From contig NC_043011.1 in NCBI RefSeq assembly GCF_006345805.1, positions 47,752,464 through 47,816,463 on the forward strand: 64,000 bases of DNA, in the 5' to 3' direction. Each line of letters starts with the position of its first letter. Position 1 is the first letter of the stretch. The notes beneath the pieces were generated by a model that made no database searches, was not told the origin of the DNA, and worked only from the letters and a program-made list of their open reading frames with translations. Origin of the DNA: Octopus sinensis. Taxonomy: Eukaryota. A program made the position numbers and the translations under genes. Positions 24,181 to 37,732 of the stretch are shown in pieces.

Positions 24181-24804
24181 GCCTTGTGCCTAGAGTAGAA
24201 AAGAATAAAATAAATACCTGTTGAGCACTTGGGTCGATGCTATCAACTTAACCCCACTCCCGAAATTGCTGGCCTTGTGCCAATATTTGAAACCATTATA
24301 TTTTTGTAATTAAATACTATTAAGAATTAGATAAAAATAATTATTAAAATATTTTGTGTATTGTTGAATTAAATTCAGTTTATTGCGGATAATTTTTTGA
24401 AACAAGGTCTTATGTGGACCCCAAGAGCCATATGGTCCCCGGTTGAAAACCACTGTGCTCGATTATATTGGCCTCACTCACTTAAAAGCAGCTAAACAAT
24501 TCCTGCACACGATTATATCATGTACAATAACCTGTTTATGCCTAAACACTTTATAACAAACAGATTATTTTATTTATAATGTGTATTAAGAGTTATTGTT
24601 TATTTTATTTCAGATAAGAAGGAAAACAAATATCCGTCAACAATTAATTAATAAAAGGAGCTGCATGGCTGTTTTGAATAGAGATTACACTTTTTTGATA
24701 AACCTATATGTCAACCTTTCTCTTTGTAACTTGTAATTCTTGTTAGAGATACATCAGATTTTGTTATGGCGGTTTAAATAAACATTAAATTAGAATAGAA
24801 CAAA

Positions 24805-25110
24805 GCGTCGAGCTGGCAGAAACGTTAGCGCACGTGGCGAAATGATTAACGGTACTTCGTTTGGCTTTAGGATAAGGCGGCAAGCTGGCAGAAACGTTAG
24901 CACGCCGGGCGAAATGCGTAGCCGTATTTCGTCTGCTGTTATGTTCTGAGTTCAAATTCCGCCGAGGTCGACTTTGCCTTTCATCATTTTGGCGTCGATA
25001 AATTAAGTACCAGTTACGCAATGGGGTCGATGTAATCGATTTAATACCTATGTCTGTCCTTGTTTGTCCCCTCTGTGTTTAGCCCCTTGTGGGTAGTAAA
25101 GAAATAGGTA
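24805..25110 (+). mobile_element. SINE family B with duplicated head
   Basis: Two AGCTGGCAGAAACGTTAGC heads followed by core and tail. Confidence 0.85.
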
Positions 25111-25289
25111 TTTCGTCTAGTTATTTTCTCAATAAAGCCAAGAGAAAATGATGTTTTATAAACACATTCTACCAGTATACGAAGTTTAAAAGTGTTTAAT
25201 TAACTAGAAATTGTGTTGATAAGTGCCGTTCAAAAGGAAAAGATCCCACAAGTATAATTTGATGCATCACTTCGTCTTTTTTTTTCTGC

Positions 25290-25727
25290 CTTTAATCCTC
25301 CAACTCGGAGTATAGGCCACTTATAATTGAATTACATGTTGCATAATCTTTCGCTTCTGTACTTATCCTCTGCCATGAATGTCCCCCTTTCTCTAGTTCC
25401 TTTTGTGTTAATCTCCGCCACGAATTCTTAGGCCTCCCTTTCTTTCTATATCCATCCGGTTTCCACTTTAAAGCACTTTTCGTTACATTTGGTGTGTCTT
25501 TTCTAATTGTGCTACCAATCCACTTCCACTTTTTCTTAAATATTTGCTCCCTAATCGAAACTTCATTTGTTCTTTGCCATAGCTCCATATTGCTTATGTG
25601 TTCGGTCCATCTAATTTTAAGTATACTTCACAAGCATCTGTTGATGAATGAGTGTATTTGCTTATTTGACTTAACTGTTGTTCGCCATGTCTCAGCCCCA
25701 TACAATAACACCGCTTTTACGTTAGTG
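25290..25727 (-). mobile_element. RTE-group LINE 3' fragment
   Basis: TNVKAVLLYGAETWR...ELWQRT...KWKWIG...ALKWKPDGYRKKGRPKNSWRR; internal stop. Confidence 0.85.
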
Positions 25728-26284
25728 TCTTTAGCTTACGCTAATTTCAAATTAATGAAGAACAAGTAAAAATGTTCAATCAGAGCTGTTATCGATGTTG
25801 CTATCAACGATTCCATCTTCTCTTCGCAATTATCAAAAATATCACGGGTCAGTCGGTCCACTACTTTGATCCCAGTCGGTCACTTTTATACAGTGTTAAA
25901 ATAATTACTGCACGTAAAAATAACTGACATGCTAAAAGGATTTAAAAGCAAAGTAAAATTAATGGCGTCGTCCTTCATTCGAAGATTTTATTTCAAGTAT
26001 ATTACACGTTACATGTAAACGGGAACGTAGCTGTTACCGTGTCTGTCAAGAAAAAGTGACAGTCGAACAGAGATGTGAGATTTTATAATGTCTGAGTTGT
26101 CTAGAAAAGCACAACAGTACACCACTTTCTAGCTTGAATGGCATAAAACATCTGTTAGTATGCATTTGTTTTACATAATTATGTTCGTTATGACTCTCTC
26201 GTCTGCTTCAATTGTATAATGCAGTTCAAACAACTGAATAAATTTCATACCAGGAAGAAGAAGGGAAGCTTAACCCTTCACCAA

Positions 26285-26295
26285 GACAGACAGAC

Positions 26296-26369
<74 letters not shown>

Positions 26370-26379
26370 GCAGACAGAC

Positions 26380-26454
<75 letters not shown>

Positions 26455-26457
26455 CAA

Positions 26458-26518
<61 letters not shown>

Positions 26519-26531
26519 CAGACAGGCAGAC

Positions 26532-26585
<54 letters not shown>

Positions 26586-26660
26586 ATATATAGGCAGACA
26601 GGCAGACAGACAGTCAGATAGATAGATAGATAGATAGATATAGATAGATAGATAGATAGG

Positions 26661-26692
<32 letters not shown>

Positions 26693-26750
26693 CAAATAGA
26701 TAGATAGATAGACAGACAAATAGATCGATCGATCGATAGATAGATAGATA
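26285..26750. repeat. Long (GATA)n/(GACA)n compound microsatellite
   Basis: Direct reading. Confidence 0.95.
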
Positions 26751-27723
26751 TGAAATATCTGAAGGTGTCGCAAGGTAAACAAACGGTTTAATACAATTCT
26801 TCACATCTTTATCGATGTATTAAATGGCTTGCACATTTTATTGATTATTTATCTAAGAATTATGAAAGAAAATGCAAGCAATACAAAGTCTTTGAAGATG
26901 GGGGTAAAAAAAATTAATGTGAGTAAATAAAAAACATCACAAAACCTCTAGAAACGAAAAAAAAAGAAAAATGTAACGAAACGTTGTGAAATGAAAGTAA
27001 AGAATCGACAAATAAACTGCGCGACATTCTGGCATTTTTCAAATAAGCCATACTTCTTGTGACGCAATTACACAATTATAAAACCATTTCAAAACATTTG
27101 AAGATAAAATGTATTTAATGAAAGAAAACAAATCGACGTTTGCCATGAAATTTTACGCTGCCTTACAACACCCTAACCCTGAAACTAAACCTAAATCCTC
27201 ACCCTTAATCCCTACTTCTAAACCTTCTTAATACATCAATGAAATGTGTAGAATTTTATTAATCCATTTATTTACCTTACAACCCTATTTGACATTTCCT
27301 CTTCTTTTCTTTCTTTCTCACTATATCTGTGTATCTAAATTTCTCCCTAAACCCAACATTAAACCCCCTAATCAACCCCAGCAATGTTTTGGTTTCCTTT
27401 CAGTAAATTCCTTTCATTAAAAATAAAAATTAAAAAGAAAAAAAAAGCATATGGTGCTCCTTATAAGATTATCAACACATAGCAATTACGATTCTAGTAT
27501 GTCAATAACGGAGGCTTCTAACTAGGTAAAATTATATTAAAAATTAGCCTTCAAAGGTTTACAATTTTATTATTATTAATTTCACAAAAAGAATAAAAAA
27601 ATGAATGGGATTTTCATAATAAAGCCGTAAGTTTATTGATTGTAGCTTGCTGTTTCCACAGCATTTCTTATAACATTATGAAAGCATCATCCTAAATTTC
27701 TAACTACCAACACATGTGTGGGT

Positions 27724-27725
<2 letters not shown>

Positions 27726-27771
<46 letters not shown>

Positions 27772-28357
27772 TGTGTACAGTGCTTAGGTGCACTACAACT
27801 CATCTAAAGTGTATATATAATCAGGTGTAGTTTCGGCGGATTTCGGAAAGCATGAGGGCCTTAAAGGATGCAGTGTCATGGCAGTCAACAACTGACGCAG
27901 GCAGTTTATTCCATGCTTCAGCAACTCTGAGCGTGAAAAAATGTTTCCGAAAGTCATGGGAGCTGTGTTGTTTTCTGACTTTGTAGGCATGTCCACGTGT
28001 GTTAGACACATGGAGATCAAAAAGGTGTTCAGTGTTGTTGGTGGTGAGGTGGTTGATAACTTTGTGGGTGTTTACCAAGTCCGTCGACAGACGCCGGAGC
28101 TTCAGTGAATCCATGCCCAGGGAAACAAGGCGCTCAGAGTATGGTAGGTGTCTGATGGAGGGTATGCGTTTGGTTGCACGTCTCTGGACAGATTCCAGGA
28201 GGTCAATGTTCTGAGCAAGATAGGGGTTCCAAACCGATGATGCGAATTCCAAGTGTGGTCGTACCATAGCTGTATACAGCTTTAAATAGATGGCTGGAGA
28301 GCGGCTAACAAAAGTCTTGCTGAGTGATGCCAAGACATCCTCGGCCTTCTTGACATT
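27726..28357 (-). mobile_element. CR1-like LINE 3' end with (ATT)n tail
   Basis: LYTAMVRPHLEFASSVWNP...LESVQRRATK...TRGH...FFTLRVAEAWNKLP; short UTR then (TAA)n on + strand. Confidence 0.9.
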
Positions 28358-28644
28358 CTCTTAGATGTTAAATGGATTCAACCTTTTATTATTCTGATAA
28401 TCAAAAATCCCTTTTCGAATGCATTAAAAGCACACAACTTCGATTCCAGCATGGGAGTACGTGCACAGTCTCTCAGCCTGTTATAAATTGCAGCTAATCT
28501 TCCCTCTAACAACACTATACCGATTTAAAAATGTAAAGAAGTATTGGAAACGTATGATGGCCAAAGTAAAGATATTTACCACTGATAAACCGTTGATAAC
28601 TGCAACCTACATTTGTTCTGTTTATAAAGATATCATACCATTGT

Positions 28645-28862
28645 GAAGGCACGTAGCCAAGTGGTTTGGCGATCACTAGATCGCGGGTTCGATTCTCAGA
28701 CCGGGCGATAGGGTTCTTCAGCAAAACCCTTCATTTTACGTTGCTCTAGTATTCCTTTCTATCAAGGGGTACGTTGGTCTGCTCGCCTACCCAGCGGGGT
28801 GGTGCCATTCGAAGGTTAAAATGATGTAAAGTGCATTGTGATATCTGATAGTCTGGTCGGCC
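28645..28862 (+). mobile_element. tRNA-headed SINE, family C variant
   Basis: Similar to 7533-7805. Confidence 0.65.
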
Positions 28863-28931
28863 ATTCCCGGCCCAAATATTCTACCTGTTTTACGTTCAAA
28901 CTGGCCAAAACCAGCTTCTAGCACTTATCCT

Positions 28932-29156
28932 TATTTCTTTACTACCCACAAGGGGCGAAACATAGAGGGGACAAACGGATTAAGTCGATTACATCGACCC
29001 CCCCCCCCCAGTGCGTAACTGGTAATTAATTTATTGACCCCGAAAGGATGAAAGGCAAAGTCAACCTCGGCGGAATTTGAACTCAGAATGTAACGGCAGA
29101 CGAAATATGTCTACGCATTTCGCCCGGCGTGCTAACGATTCTGTCAGCTCACCGCC
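28932..29156 (-). mobile_element. SINE family B with 17-bp TSD, inserted in a P2 MITE fragment
   Basis: CTTCTAGCACTTATCCT at 28915-28931 and 29157-29173. Confidence 0.9.
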
Positions 29157-29648
29157 CTTCTAGCACTTATCCTACAATGTCATTCTAAAAATAAACAAAC
29201 AGGTGTGGCTGCATGGTAAGAAATTAGCTTGTCAACCACATGGTTCCTGGTTCAGTCCCATTATTTTGTAGAGGTGATTTGAGCCTCGACTAAGTGGCCT
29301 CTATTCATTGCAGTTCCAACTGTATCAATTAAATCACATTATATATAAAGGATACATTATCTCATGTATCCTTTCTTTTTAAGGATGTGACCTGAGAAAT
29401 TTGATCTCTCTATTTAGCAAGATAGGTGCAGGCACTGGCTTTGTGGTTAAGAAATTCTCTTTGTAACTATGTAGTTTGGGCTCAGTCACAAAGCACAATA
29501 ACCTGGCGCAAGCATTTTCTACTGTAGGCCCATGCTAACAAATTTCTGATGAGGTAATTTGACTGACAGAAACTGCATGGAAGCCTGTTTATATGTGTGT
29601 ATATATATGCAGATGTGTAAATCTTTGTGTCTTAAGTTTATCTCTCAC

Positions 29649-29836
29649 TATCTATCTATCTATCTATCTATCTATCCGCTCAGTCGAAGTCAACTCTCGG
29701 TTACTCGATGAATCAGTGTCCTCCAGTCAGTTCTATCCTGGGTCGCTTCTTTCAGATTGGCTATGGCCATTCCCGTGTCACTCTTGATGGTGTCAAGCCC
29801 GCGGGTTGACACCATCACAGTTTGAATAAAATTTAA
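29649..29836 (-). mobile_element. RTE-BovB-like LINE extreme 3' end with (GATA)n tail and TSD
   Basis: LDTIKSDTGMAIANLKEATQDRTDWRTLIHRVTES*LRLSG*; TSD TTATCTCTCAC at 29638-29648 and 29837-29847. Confidence 0.75.
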
Positions 29837-30639
29837 TTATCTCTCACAGTTTGAATAAAATTTAATGTTGGTTTGGTTATGTCTGTGTAACTTAACAGTT
29901 CGATAAAGAGACTGATATAAGAAGTAGCAAACTTATAAATTAAGTATTTAGATCGATTTGATCAATGACAAACATCAAGAAGGTGCCCCAGCATAATCAC
30001 TGTCCAGCAACTGAAACAAGTAAAAGAGCAAGATCAAGCCATTCTGTCGATGCTTCTGTAATTTTTGGTTGACAAGTGTAAGAATTCAATGTCAAGTTTT
30101 CAAAATTACTTTGGAAATTTCACACAAGTCAATGTGACAGTCTAACGGTTCCGTGTCTTGAGATTATAACAATTAGTAATATCCAATGGAATCTTCTTTT
30201 ACCGCTTCTTGAGAAAGCTTTCAAAATGTTTTCTGTATCTTTTGTTTGATGTAAAAGGGAATTCTGTTTTAAATGAAATTCAATTTGTTTTACATGTAAA
30301 GCCATTCAACTTCCATCGAAAATTCTGTAATTTTTGCGCATTTAACCAAACTTTTGATTTGAACCACACTTCCAGAGATTTCCTCTTTACAAAACTACTT
30401 GATAAAGAACAATAACAGCTAATATTGATTTCAAACTTTGACACAAGGTTAGCAATTATGGATGGAGGTGGTGGAGATGTAAGTCAATTAAATCGACCCC
30501 CCCCCCCAGTGCTCAAACTGGTATTTCTTTTATCGACCCTGAAAGGATGAAAGCCAAAGTTGACCTTGGCAGAATTTGAACTCAGAACACAAAGATGGAT
30601 GAAAGGCTACTAATAATAACTAATATTTTGCATACAAAA

Positions 30640-30991
30640 ATCGAAATCGAAATCGATCAACATCAATGGAAATTGCAGCTGTGATACCAGTGCCGGTGGT
30701 ACGTAAGAGAACCATCCGAATGTGGCTGTTGCCAGCACCGCCCCGACTGGCCTCGTGCCGGTGGCACATAAAAAGTACCATCCGATCGTGGCCATTTGCC
30801 AGCCTCGTCTGGCACCTGTGCCGGTAGCATGTAAAAAGCACCCACTACACTCGCGGAGTGGTTGGCGTTAGGAAGGGCATCCAGCCGTAGAAACATTGCC
30901 AGATCAGACTGGGCCTGGTGCAGCCTTCTGGCTTCCCAGACCCCCAGTTGAACCGTCTAACCCATGCTAGCATGGAAAGCGGATGCTAAAC

Positions 30992-31023
<32 letters not shown>
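30640..31023 (+). mobile_element. RTE LINE 3' UTR (5'-truncated) with (GAT)n tail
   Basis: Homologous to 60750-61144. Confidence 0.85.
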
Positions 31024-31025
<2 letters not shown>

Positions 31026-31205
31026 GTGTACTTCTGAATAATACAATCTTCTTTTGTATTTGGTTAAAGACATTCATTTGCAATAATCTAATTTGGATAT
31101 ATTTCAACTGAGCATGAAAAAATTGGTGGCAATAATCTATACCCAACACACCCCTCTTACATCCTTTCCTTGGTTCATCAGTCACACACTTTCATTTATT
31201 TTGAA

Positions 31206-31718
31206 CTAGCAGTATCGCCCGGCGTTGCTCGGGTTTGTAAGGGAAATAACTATATAAGCATTTTTAGACAGTTACTTCCCTTATAGATGCCAATTCGGGC
31301 TTTCTTAGCCATTTCTGTTTTGGTGTCTTCAAGCCATGAAGTCGTTGTTCTAAAAGAACGCTGGTCTCCTTGACAACGCTTTACGACGTTGATTTCCTTA
31401 CACTCCCTTCCCCACAGCTTCACGAGGGAGGGAAGAAGGGGGAAAAGCAACACAGGTGCAGGCGTGAGCGTGGACGCCAACTCCGCCGCCATCGACACAC
31501 GAAAAATATGCATTAAAATGGGATAAAAAATGATGTTAAATTATTTTTAAAATCGTAGACTCATCGTAGACGCGCGATAATACCCAGACGGGCTCGATAT
31601 GAATTACGACTATAAGATACCCGAATTTGGTTAAACTGCACCGCAAAATGTGGGAGTAGTTAGGAATCTAAATCGAAGGGGACAGACACTCACACAACTA
31701 CAGTTTTATATATATAGA
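31206..31718 (-). mobile_element. Non-autonomous Helitron (513 bp)
   Basis: 5' TC, 3' hairpin + CTAG, inserted at A|T; near-identical to 45115-45627. Confidence 0.9.
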
Positions 31719-32026
31719 TTATTGAAAGAAGCATACAATTAAGGAGTACCAGTAAGAATAACAAAATGCAATAAAAAAAGCACAAAACTGAAGAACATTT
31801 TGAACAACTGGTTAGCTGGTTCTGTTAGGGTTTAATTCTTATCGCAAACACATCTAGGGTTGACGGCTTTGTTTCCTTTTTATGTATCCCCAATTCTTCT
31901 TAATAAGCATTCAGTATTACCATTACGGGACCTTTTAAGAATAATACTTCATTTAAAATTTATATAATTTTCTGGAAGTCTTTCTAATACACAAGTTATT
32001 TCCCTCGACCCTTTACTTGAGATCAT

Positions 32027-32057
32027 CCTCATCCCCATCATCATCATCATCTTCATC

Positions 32058-32090
<33 letters not shown>

Positions 32091-32230
32091 GTCATCAGTA
32101 ATCCATTATCTGCTGCATTAGAGTGCCACTTCAGATACTTACCCAATCAGCTGTTACCACCGGTCCCTGTTCTCTGTAATGCGCAGCAGGGTCACAGTGT
32201 TGTGACCTGTTATGTCCTTGATGTTGTCAG
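32027..32230 (-). mobile_element. Decayed RTE-like 3' end with (GAT)n tail
   Basis: DNIKDITGHNTVTLLRITENRDRW*QLI followed by (GAT)n. Confidence 0.6.
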
Positions 32231-32325
32231 ATGAGGGATGTTCTCTAGTTAAGATATCTATTGTTAAAACTGACTACAAAGATTGTCGGCTTTGCTATAT
32301 GAATGAGAGAGAGAAAGAGAGAAAG

Positions 32326-32364
<39 letters not shown>

Positions 32365-32525
32365 CATACACACACACACACAAACACACACACAAGATTC
32401 GCTTTTCATTTATTTCTGAATGATACTGCTGGTTATGAATAGTCAAAAAGTCCTGTGACACTTTTGCAGTCTATCCACCTATACATTTCCAGTGAATCTA
32501 TCAATTGCTAATACATACATAAACT

Positions 32526-32556
<31 letters not shown>

Positions 32557-32929
32557 GCGCGCGCGCAATGGAATGCTTTTAGTTTATGTCAAATTCTGTC
32601 ACAAGACATTGGTCAGCTGAAGGCTATAGTAGAGGTCACTTGCTCAAGGTGCCATGCAATGGGACTGAACCTGAAACCATGCTGTTGAGAACAGAACTTC
32701 TTAAACTACATAATAATGCCTTATCATTATGCCTTCAATGTATAATCTAGGCATAAAAATCTCAAAACATCATAAGAGGTCTCTGGATGAATTAAAAAAG
32801 ATTATAGAGACACCATTAATGTTATCATTCAGCAGATGCTCTTTATATTTCCCAGGCCCTCCAGTATGTAGATATTACTCTATGTTTGTAACATTTTAAT
32901 TAAGATTGTTGCAATATAGTATAAGTTTA

Positions 32930-33640
32930 AGGCGGCAAGCTGGCAGAAACGTTAGCACGCCAGGCAAAATGCTTAGCAGTATTTCATCTGTCTTCATGTT
33001 CTGAGTTCAAATTCCGCCAAAGTCGACTTTGCCATTCATCCTTTCGGGGTCGATAAATTGAGTACCAGTTGTGTACTGGAGTCAGTCTAATCGACTGGCC
33101 CCCTCCCCAAAAATTTTGCGCCTTGTGCCTAGAGAAGAAAAGAATACATTTTCTGTTTAAAGGCAGTGAGTTGGTAGAAACGTTAGCACACCGGGCGAAA
33201 TGCATAGTGGTATTTCGTCTGCTGTTATGCTCTGAGTTCAAATTCCGCCGAGGTCGACTTTGCCTTTCATCTTTTCGGGGTCGATAAATTAAGTACCAGT
33301 TACGCACTGGGGTCGATGTATTCGACTTAATCCCTTTGTCTGTCCTTGTTTGTCCCCTCTGTGTGTAGCCCATTGTGGGCAGTAAAGAAATAAGAAACGT
33401 CAGCATGCTGGGCAAAATGCTTAGCGGTATTTCGTCTGCCTTTATGTTCTGAGTTCAAATTCCTCCGAGGTCGACTCTGACATTCACCCTTTCGGGGTCG
33501 ATAAATTGAGTACCAGTTGTGTACTGGAGTCAGTCTAATCGACTGGCCCCCTCCCCCAAAATTTTGCGTCTTGTGCCTAGAGAAGAAAAGAATACATTTT
33601 TTGTTTGAAGGCAGTGAGCTGGTAGAGATGTTAGCATTGC
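32930..33640 (+). mobile_element. Tandem/nested array of three SINE B units plus a head
   Basis: TTCTGAGTTCAAATTCC core repeated at ~33000, ~33230 and ~33450 with two different tails. Confidence 0.85.
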
Positions 33641-35519
33641 AATTTTACCATTTCTGCTTTTTGTTTTTGACACAAATGTTTCCTCTGTAGTACAAAACCC
33701 TCAACATTATCATCAAAGTATTTTCTTTTGCATGTTTTACAGCATTCAGGTAACCTCAACAATCTTCTAACGAAATGAGTTTGTTTTCGATACATCTTCT
33801 TAGATACGTCTTCTTGTTAGATACATCTTCTAAATTTGGTAGTAATTGTCTTTTCAATTACTTTTCCAGTAATTCTATTATCTTATGAATACTCATTAGT
33901 TCACTATACTGCTTTAGGATGCAGCCAACCTAGTTACATCTAATTGAATTAACTCGTCTTTATTTTGCATACAAGAATGAGACTGTTGTCTTAGAAAATT
34001 TCTAATAATTTCATTGTCAGTGACTCTAATACTTTGACTCTGGTTGGCCCCCATCAGGCTGTGTTCTCTCTGATTTATGCAAGTAAATCATAAAGTTCTG
34101 AACCTTAATTAAAATGGTAGCAGTTGAAATATTGTAGCATTCTTTACAAGTGTTAGAGCAATTACTAGTGAAATAGAACAATGCCATATTTTCTAACATA
34201 AGCATGGAAAAAAATTACTGAGACATGGCTGTGTAGTAAGAAGTTTGCTTCCTGTGTGGTAAGAAGGTGGTGAGCTGGTGGCAGAAACGTTAGCATGCCG
34301 GGTGAAATGCTTAGTGGTATTTCGTCTGCCATTACGTTCTGAGTTCAAATTCCTCCGAGGTCTTTACCTTTCATGAAATTTGCCTTTCATCCTTTCGGGG
34401 TCGATAAATTAAGTACCAGTCATGACTGAAGGGGGTCTCAGATTCTTCTTCTATTATGTATGTGCTATTCACTGCCTTCTGGAAGTACTGTACACTACAC
34501 AGCTATATCACTTGTTACATAGATGACTGTTTGGTGCCCCAAGGAAAAACTATTTCAGTAATGTTCAAATTGGTTTCAAATTTTGGCACAAGGCGAGCAA
34601 TTTCAGAGAAGGGTGTAAGTCGATTATACTGACCCATTGCTTAACTGGTGCTTGTTTTATTGACCCCAAAAGAATAAAAGGCAAAGTTGACCTCAGTAGA
34701 GTTTGAACTCAGAACGTTAAGATAGATGGAATGCTGCTTAACATTTTGTCTGGCATGTTAATGATTCTTCCAGCTTACCGCCTTACAGTAATGTCCAAAG
34801 TAGCTGGGCCTTGAGATAGAGAAAGTATTTAAATCAACATAGGTATCCAGATCCCAAAAGGGGATGTGAAGCTAAGTCAACCTCTGCAAGGTTTGAACTC
34901 AGAATGTAAAGAAACATAGCTAACTGCTATCGGGTATTTTATCTATCACTGAACTGCCAAATCTGCTATTACCATCCCTTATAATTATATTAATTGTATG
35001 AAAATACATATATCTGTTCGATTTTGTGAAATGGCAAGATTGTGTGTGCATGTATGTGTGATTGCATACATGTGTGTGTGTGTGTATGTGTGTGTAATAA
35101 AATTTTCAAGAATTAAAAAGAAAATCAATTAATTATCAGATAATTTTGTTTACTGACCAAAAGCTGATTCATTTCCATTTTTGTTGTTTTGAATACTAAT
35201 TGAATAAGAAAGTGTACAAGAAGTCCTTACTCTGAATAGGAACTCTGAACAGTCAGGTTCTTCACATTTATACACATACAAAACTTTATTACACCTCACT
35301 GTTTGCTTTCAAATTTAAGTGGATGCATGTGTGTGCGTGTGTGTGTGTGTGTGTGTGAGTGTCTACATTTATACAAATGTACATAATATCTACATAAATA
35401 CTCACACACACTCACACACACATACTCATATAAATATATATATGCATAAATATACACATATACATATAGGTGAATGAAAATACATACATACATATGTATC
35501 TCTGTATATATGTATATCC

Positions 35520-35569
<50 letters not shown>

Positions 35570-36164
35570 AGATAGATAGATATACACACACATATATATA
35601 TATATATATAGATATACATATACATATATATATATAGGTATGTACATTTATGTATGTATATATGCATATATTTATATAGGTATATATATATATATATATA
35701 GGCATGTATATATATGTATGTATATATTCATATATTTATATATTAATTATATATATATATATGAGTGTGTGTGTGTATGTATAAATGTATATACATATGC
35801 ATAAATATAAAAATATATATATATACACAGAGATGCACAGACACATGGAAAGGTATAAACACACATGTACGTGTATATATATTTGTATACACCAATTTTA
35901 TGTGAGCATTTATTTTTGAAACTCTTTCAAAAGGAATGTCTGCATGCATGTCTGCCTGCCTGTCTGCTAAAGCTGTCCATTTTTCTGGAGAGAAATTTCT
36001 AGATATTTTTAATGAAGTCAAGGTATTCATAGAACCAAATATTTATTTATTCATCTTCAGTGAAGTGTTTATCTGTCGAGCAAAACGGTTACAAAATATA
36101 AAAAAAAAAAAACTAAGAATAAAAAAAAAAGAACAAACAAATAAACAACAACAATAATGATAAA

Positions 36165-36165
36165 G

Positions 36166-36215
<50 letters not shown>
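36165..36215. repeat. (TAA)n microsatellite
   Basis: Direct reading. Confidence 0.95.
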
Positions 36216-36216
<1 letters not shown>

Positions 36217-36635
36217 GCAATATAGAAAAAAAAAAATTAATAATAGTAACGATAGATTTCTATACCACAAAATTTCCATAGACTCCTGTTGAAATCTCTA
36301 AGCTATTATATCAGTGTCTCTGTTTGCTGAGAGATATGGTTTGTTCAAGGTTTATAAATATGAATAAATAAATAAATAAAATAAAAGAACTAAAAAAAAA
36401 ACACACACACACACAAAACGGAATGTTCTCCATTTAACGCATCAGTCTAAAAGTTCAATGAAAGACATGTTTGATTTTGTTGTAATTCTGTGTGGCATGT
36501 CTGTTTTTTTTTTTTTTTTAGTTTTTTTTTATTGTTTTTTTATAGCTTTTGTTGTTTTGCATCTGCTTTAAATTTTTCTGGTGGAAGGAGGCATGATTTT
36601 TTCATGTATCTATGAATATGTGTGTGTCTGTGTGC

Positions 36636-36677
<42 letters not shown>

Positions 36678-37564
36678 ATATATTATGTTGGTTGGTGCTT
36701 TCATGGAATCTTATTCATGACATGAGTAGATAAAAAAAAAATTTCAAGTTAAATAAATGAAAAAAAAAAAGCACCCCTAGTAATTTCTTGTTTATTTTTC
36801 TTCTCGTTTCTCTAAAACAAGCAAATGCGATATCTGAATTTTGAAATTTAAGTCAGATTTAACGTAGGGATAGAAATTACAAATCATTTTTTTTTTTGTT
36901 AATATGAATTTAATTTAATTAGAATTTCTCAAAACCTATGAAATAATCATTGAGCCAACTAGGAAAATACACTGGTCTCTGTCACTCTACATGACAGAAA
37001 GAGCAAGCATGGTTATGTGTAAGAGGCTTGCTTTTTGATGTCATGGATTTAGGTTCAATACCCACAGCCACCCCACAGCCACCCCACTGTGAACCACTCT
37101 CGACAGCTATCTTCTACCACAGGTATGGGTTTACTAAATCACTTCGAATGAAATTCAGTAAATAGAATTCAGTCAATAGTCAAGCTAGTTATAAGCCAGT
37201 TCCTGTACTTAAGTGAAAAGTTTTATCTATTAGAAGGCTACTGTTTGGCCCTTGGGTATCTTTACTAGAATCCACTCTGCTTTACTACTCTCCATTTTGA
37301 AAATAACTTTTTCTACTGGCCTTGAAGGGTCTGAAAATGGTCATAGGTGTTGCCCTTCTTCCTGTGATTAAGGCACTAAAAAATTTCCTTCAAATTACAC
37401 TGAACCATCTCAAAAAAAAAATGGAGAGTATATTGGATTATGTAACCTGAGATAATATATTGTCTAAAAATAAAATGGAATGCTCAACAATGTCGACGAG
37501 CTGGTAGAAACGTTAGCACACTGGGGGAAGTGCTTAACTGTATTCCGTTTGTCTTTACATTTTA

Positions 37565-37731
37565 GGCGTAGGAGTGGCTGTGTGGTAAGTAGCTTGCTTA
37601 CCAACCTCATACTTTTGGGTTCTGTCCCACTGCATGGCACCTTGGGCAAATGTCTTCTACTATAGCTTTGGGCAGTGGGAACGAACCTGGAGCCATGTGG
37701 TTGGTAAGCAAGCTACTTACCACTCCTGTGC
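37565..37731. mobile_element. Two SINE A heads in inverted orientation
   Basis: 37565-37672 plus strand, 37673-37731 minus strand. Confidence 0.7.
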
Positions 37732-37732
37732 T

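Noticed and set aside
32137-32150. Perfect minus-strand donor TGG|GTAAGTA
   Set aside because: Lies inside a decayed RTE 3' end; no matching acceptor
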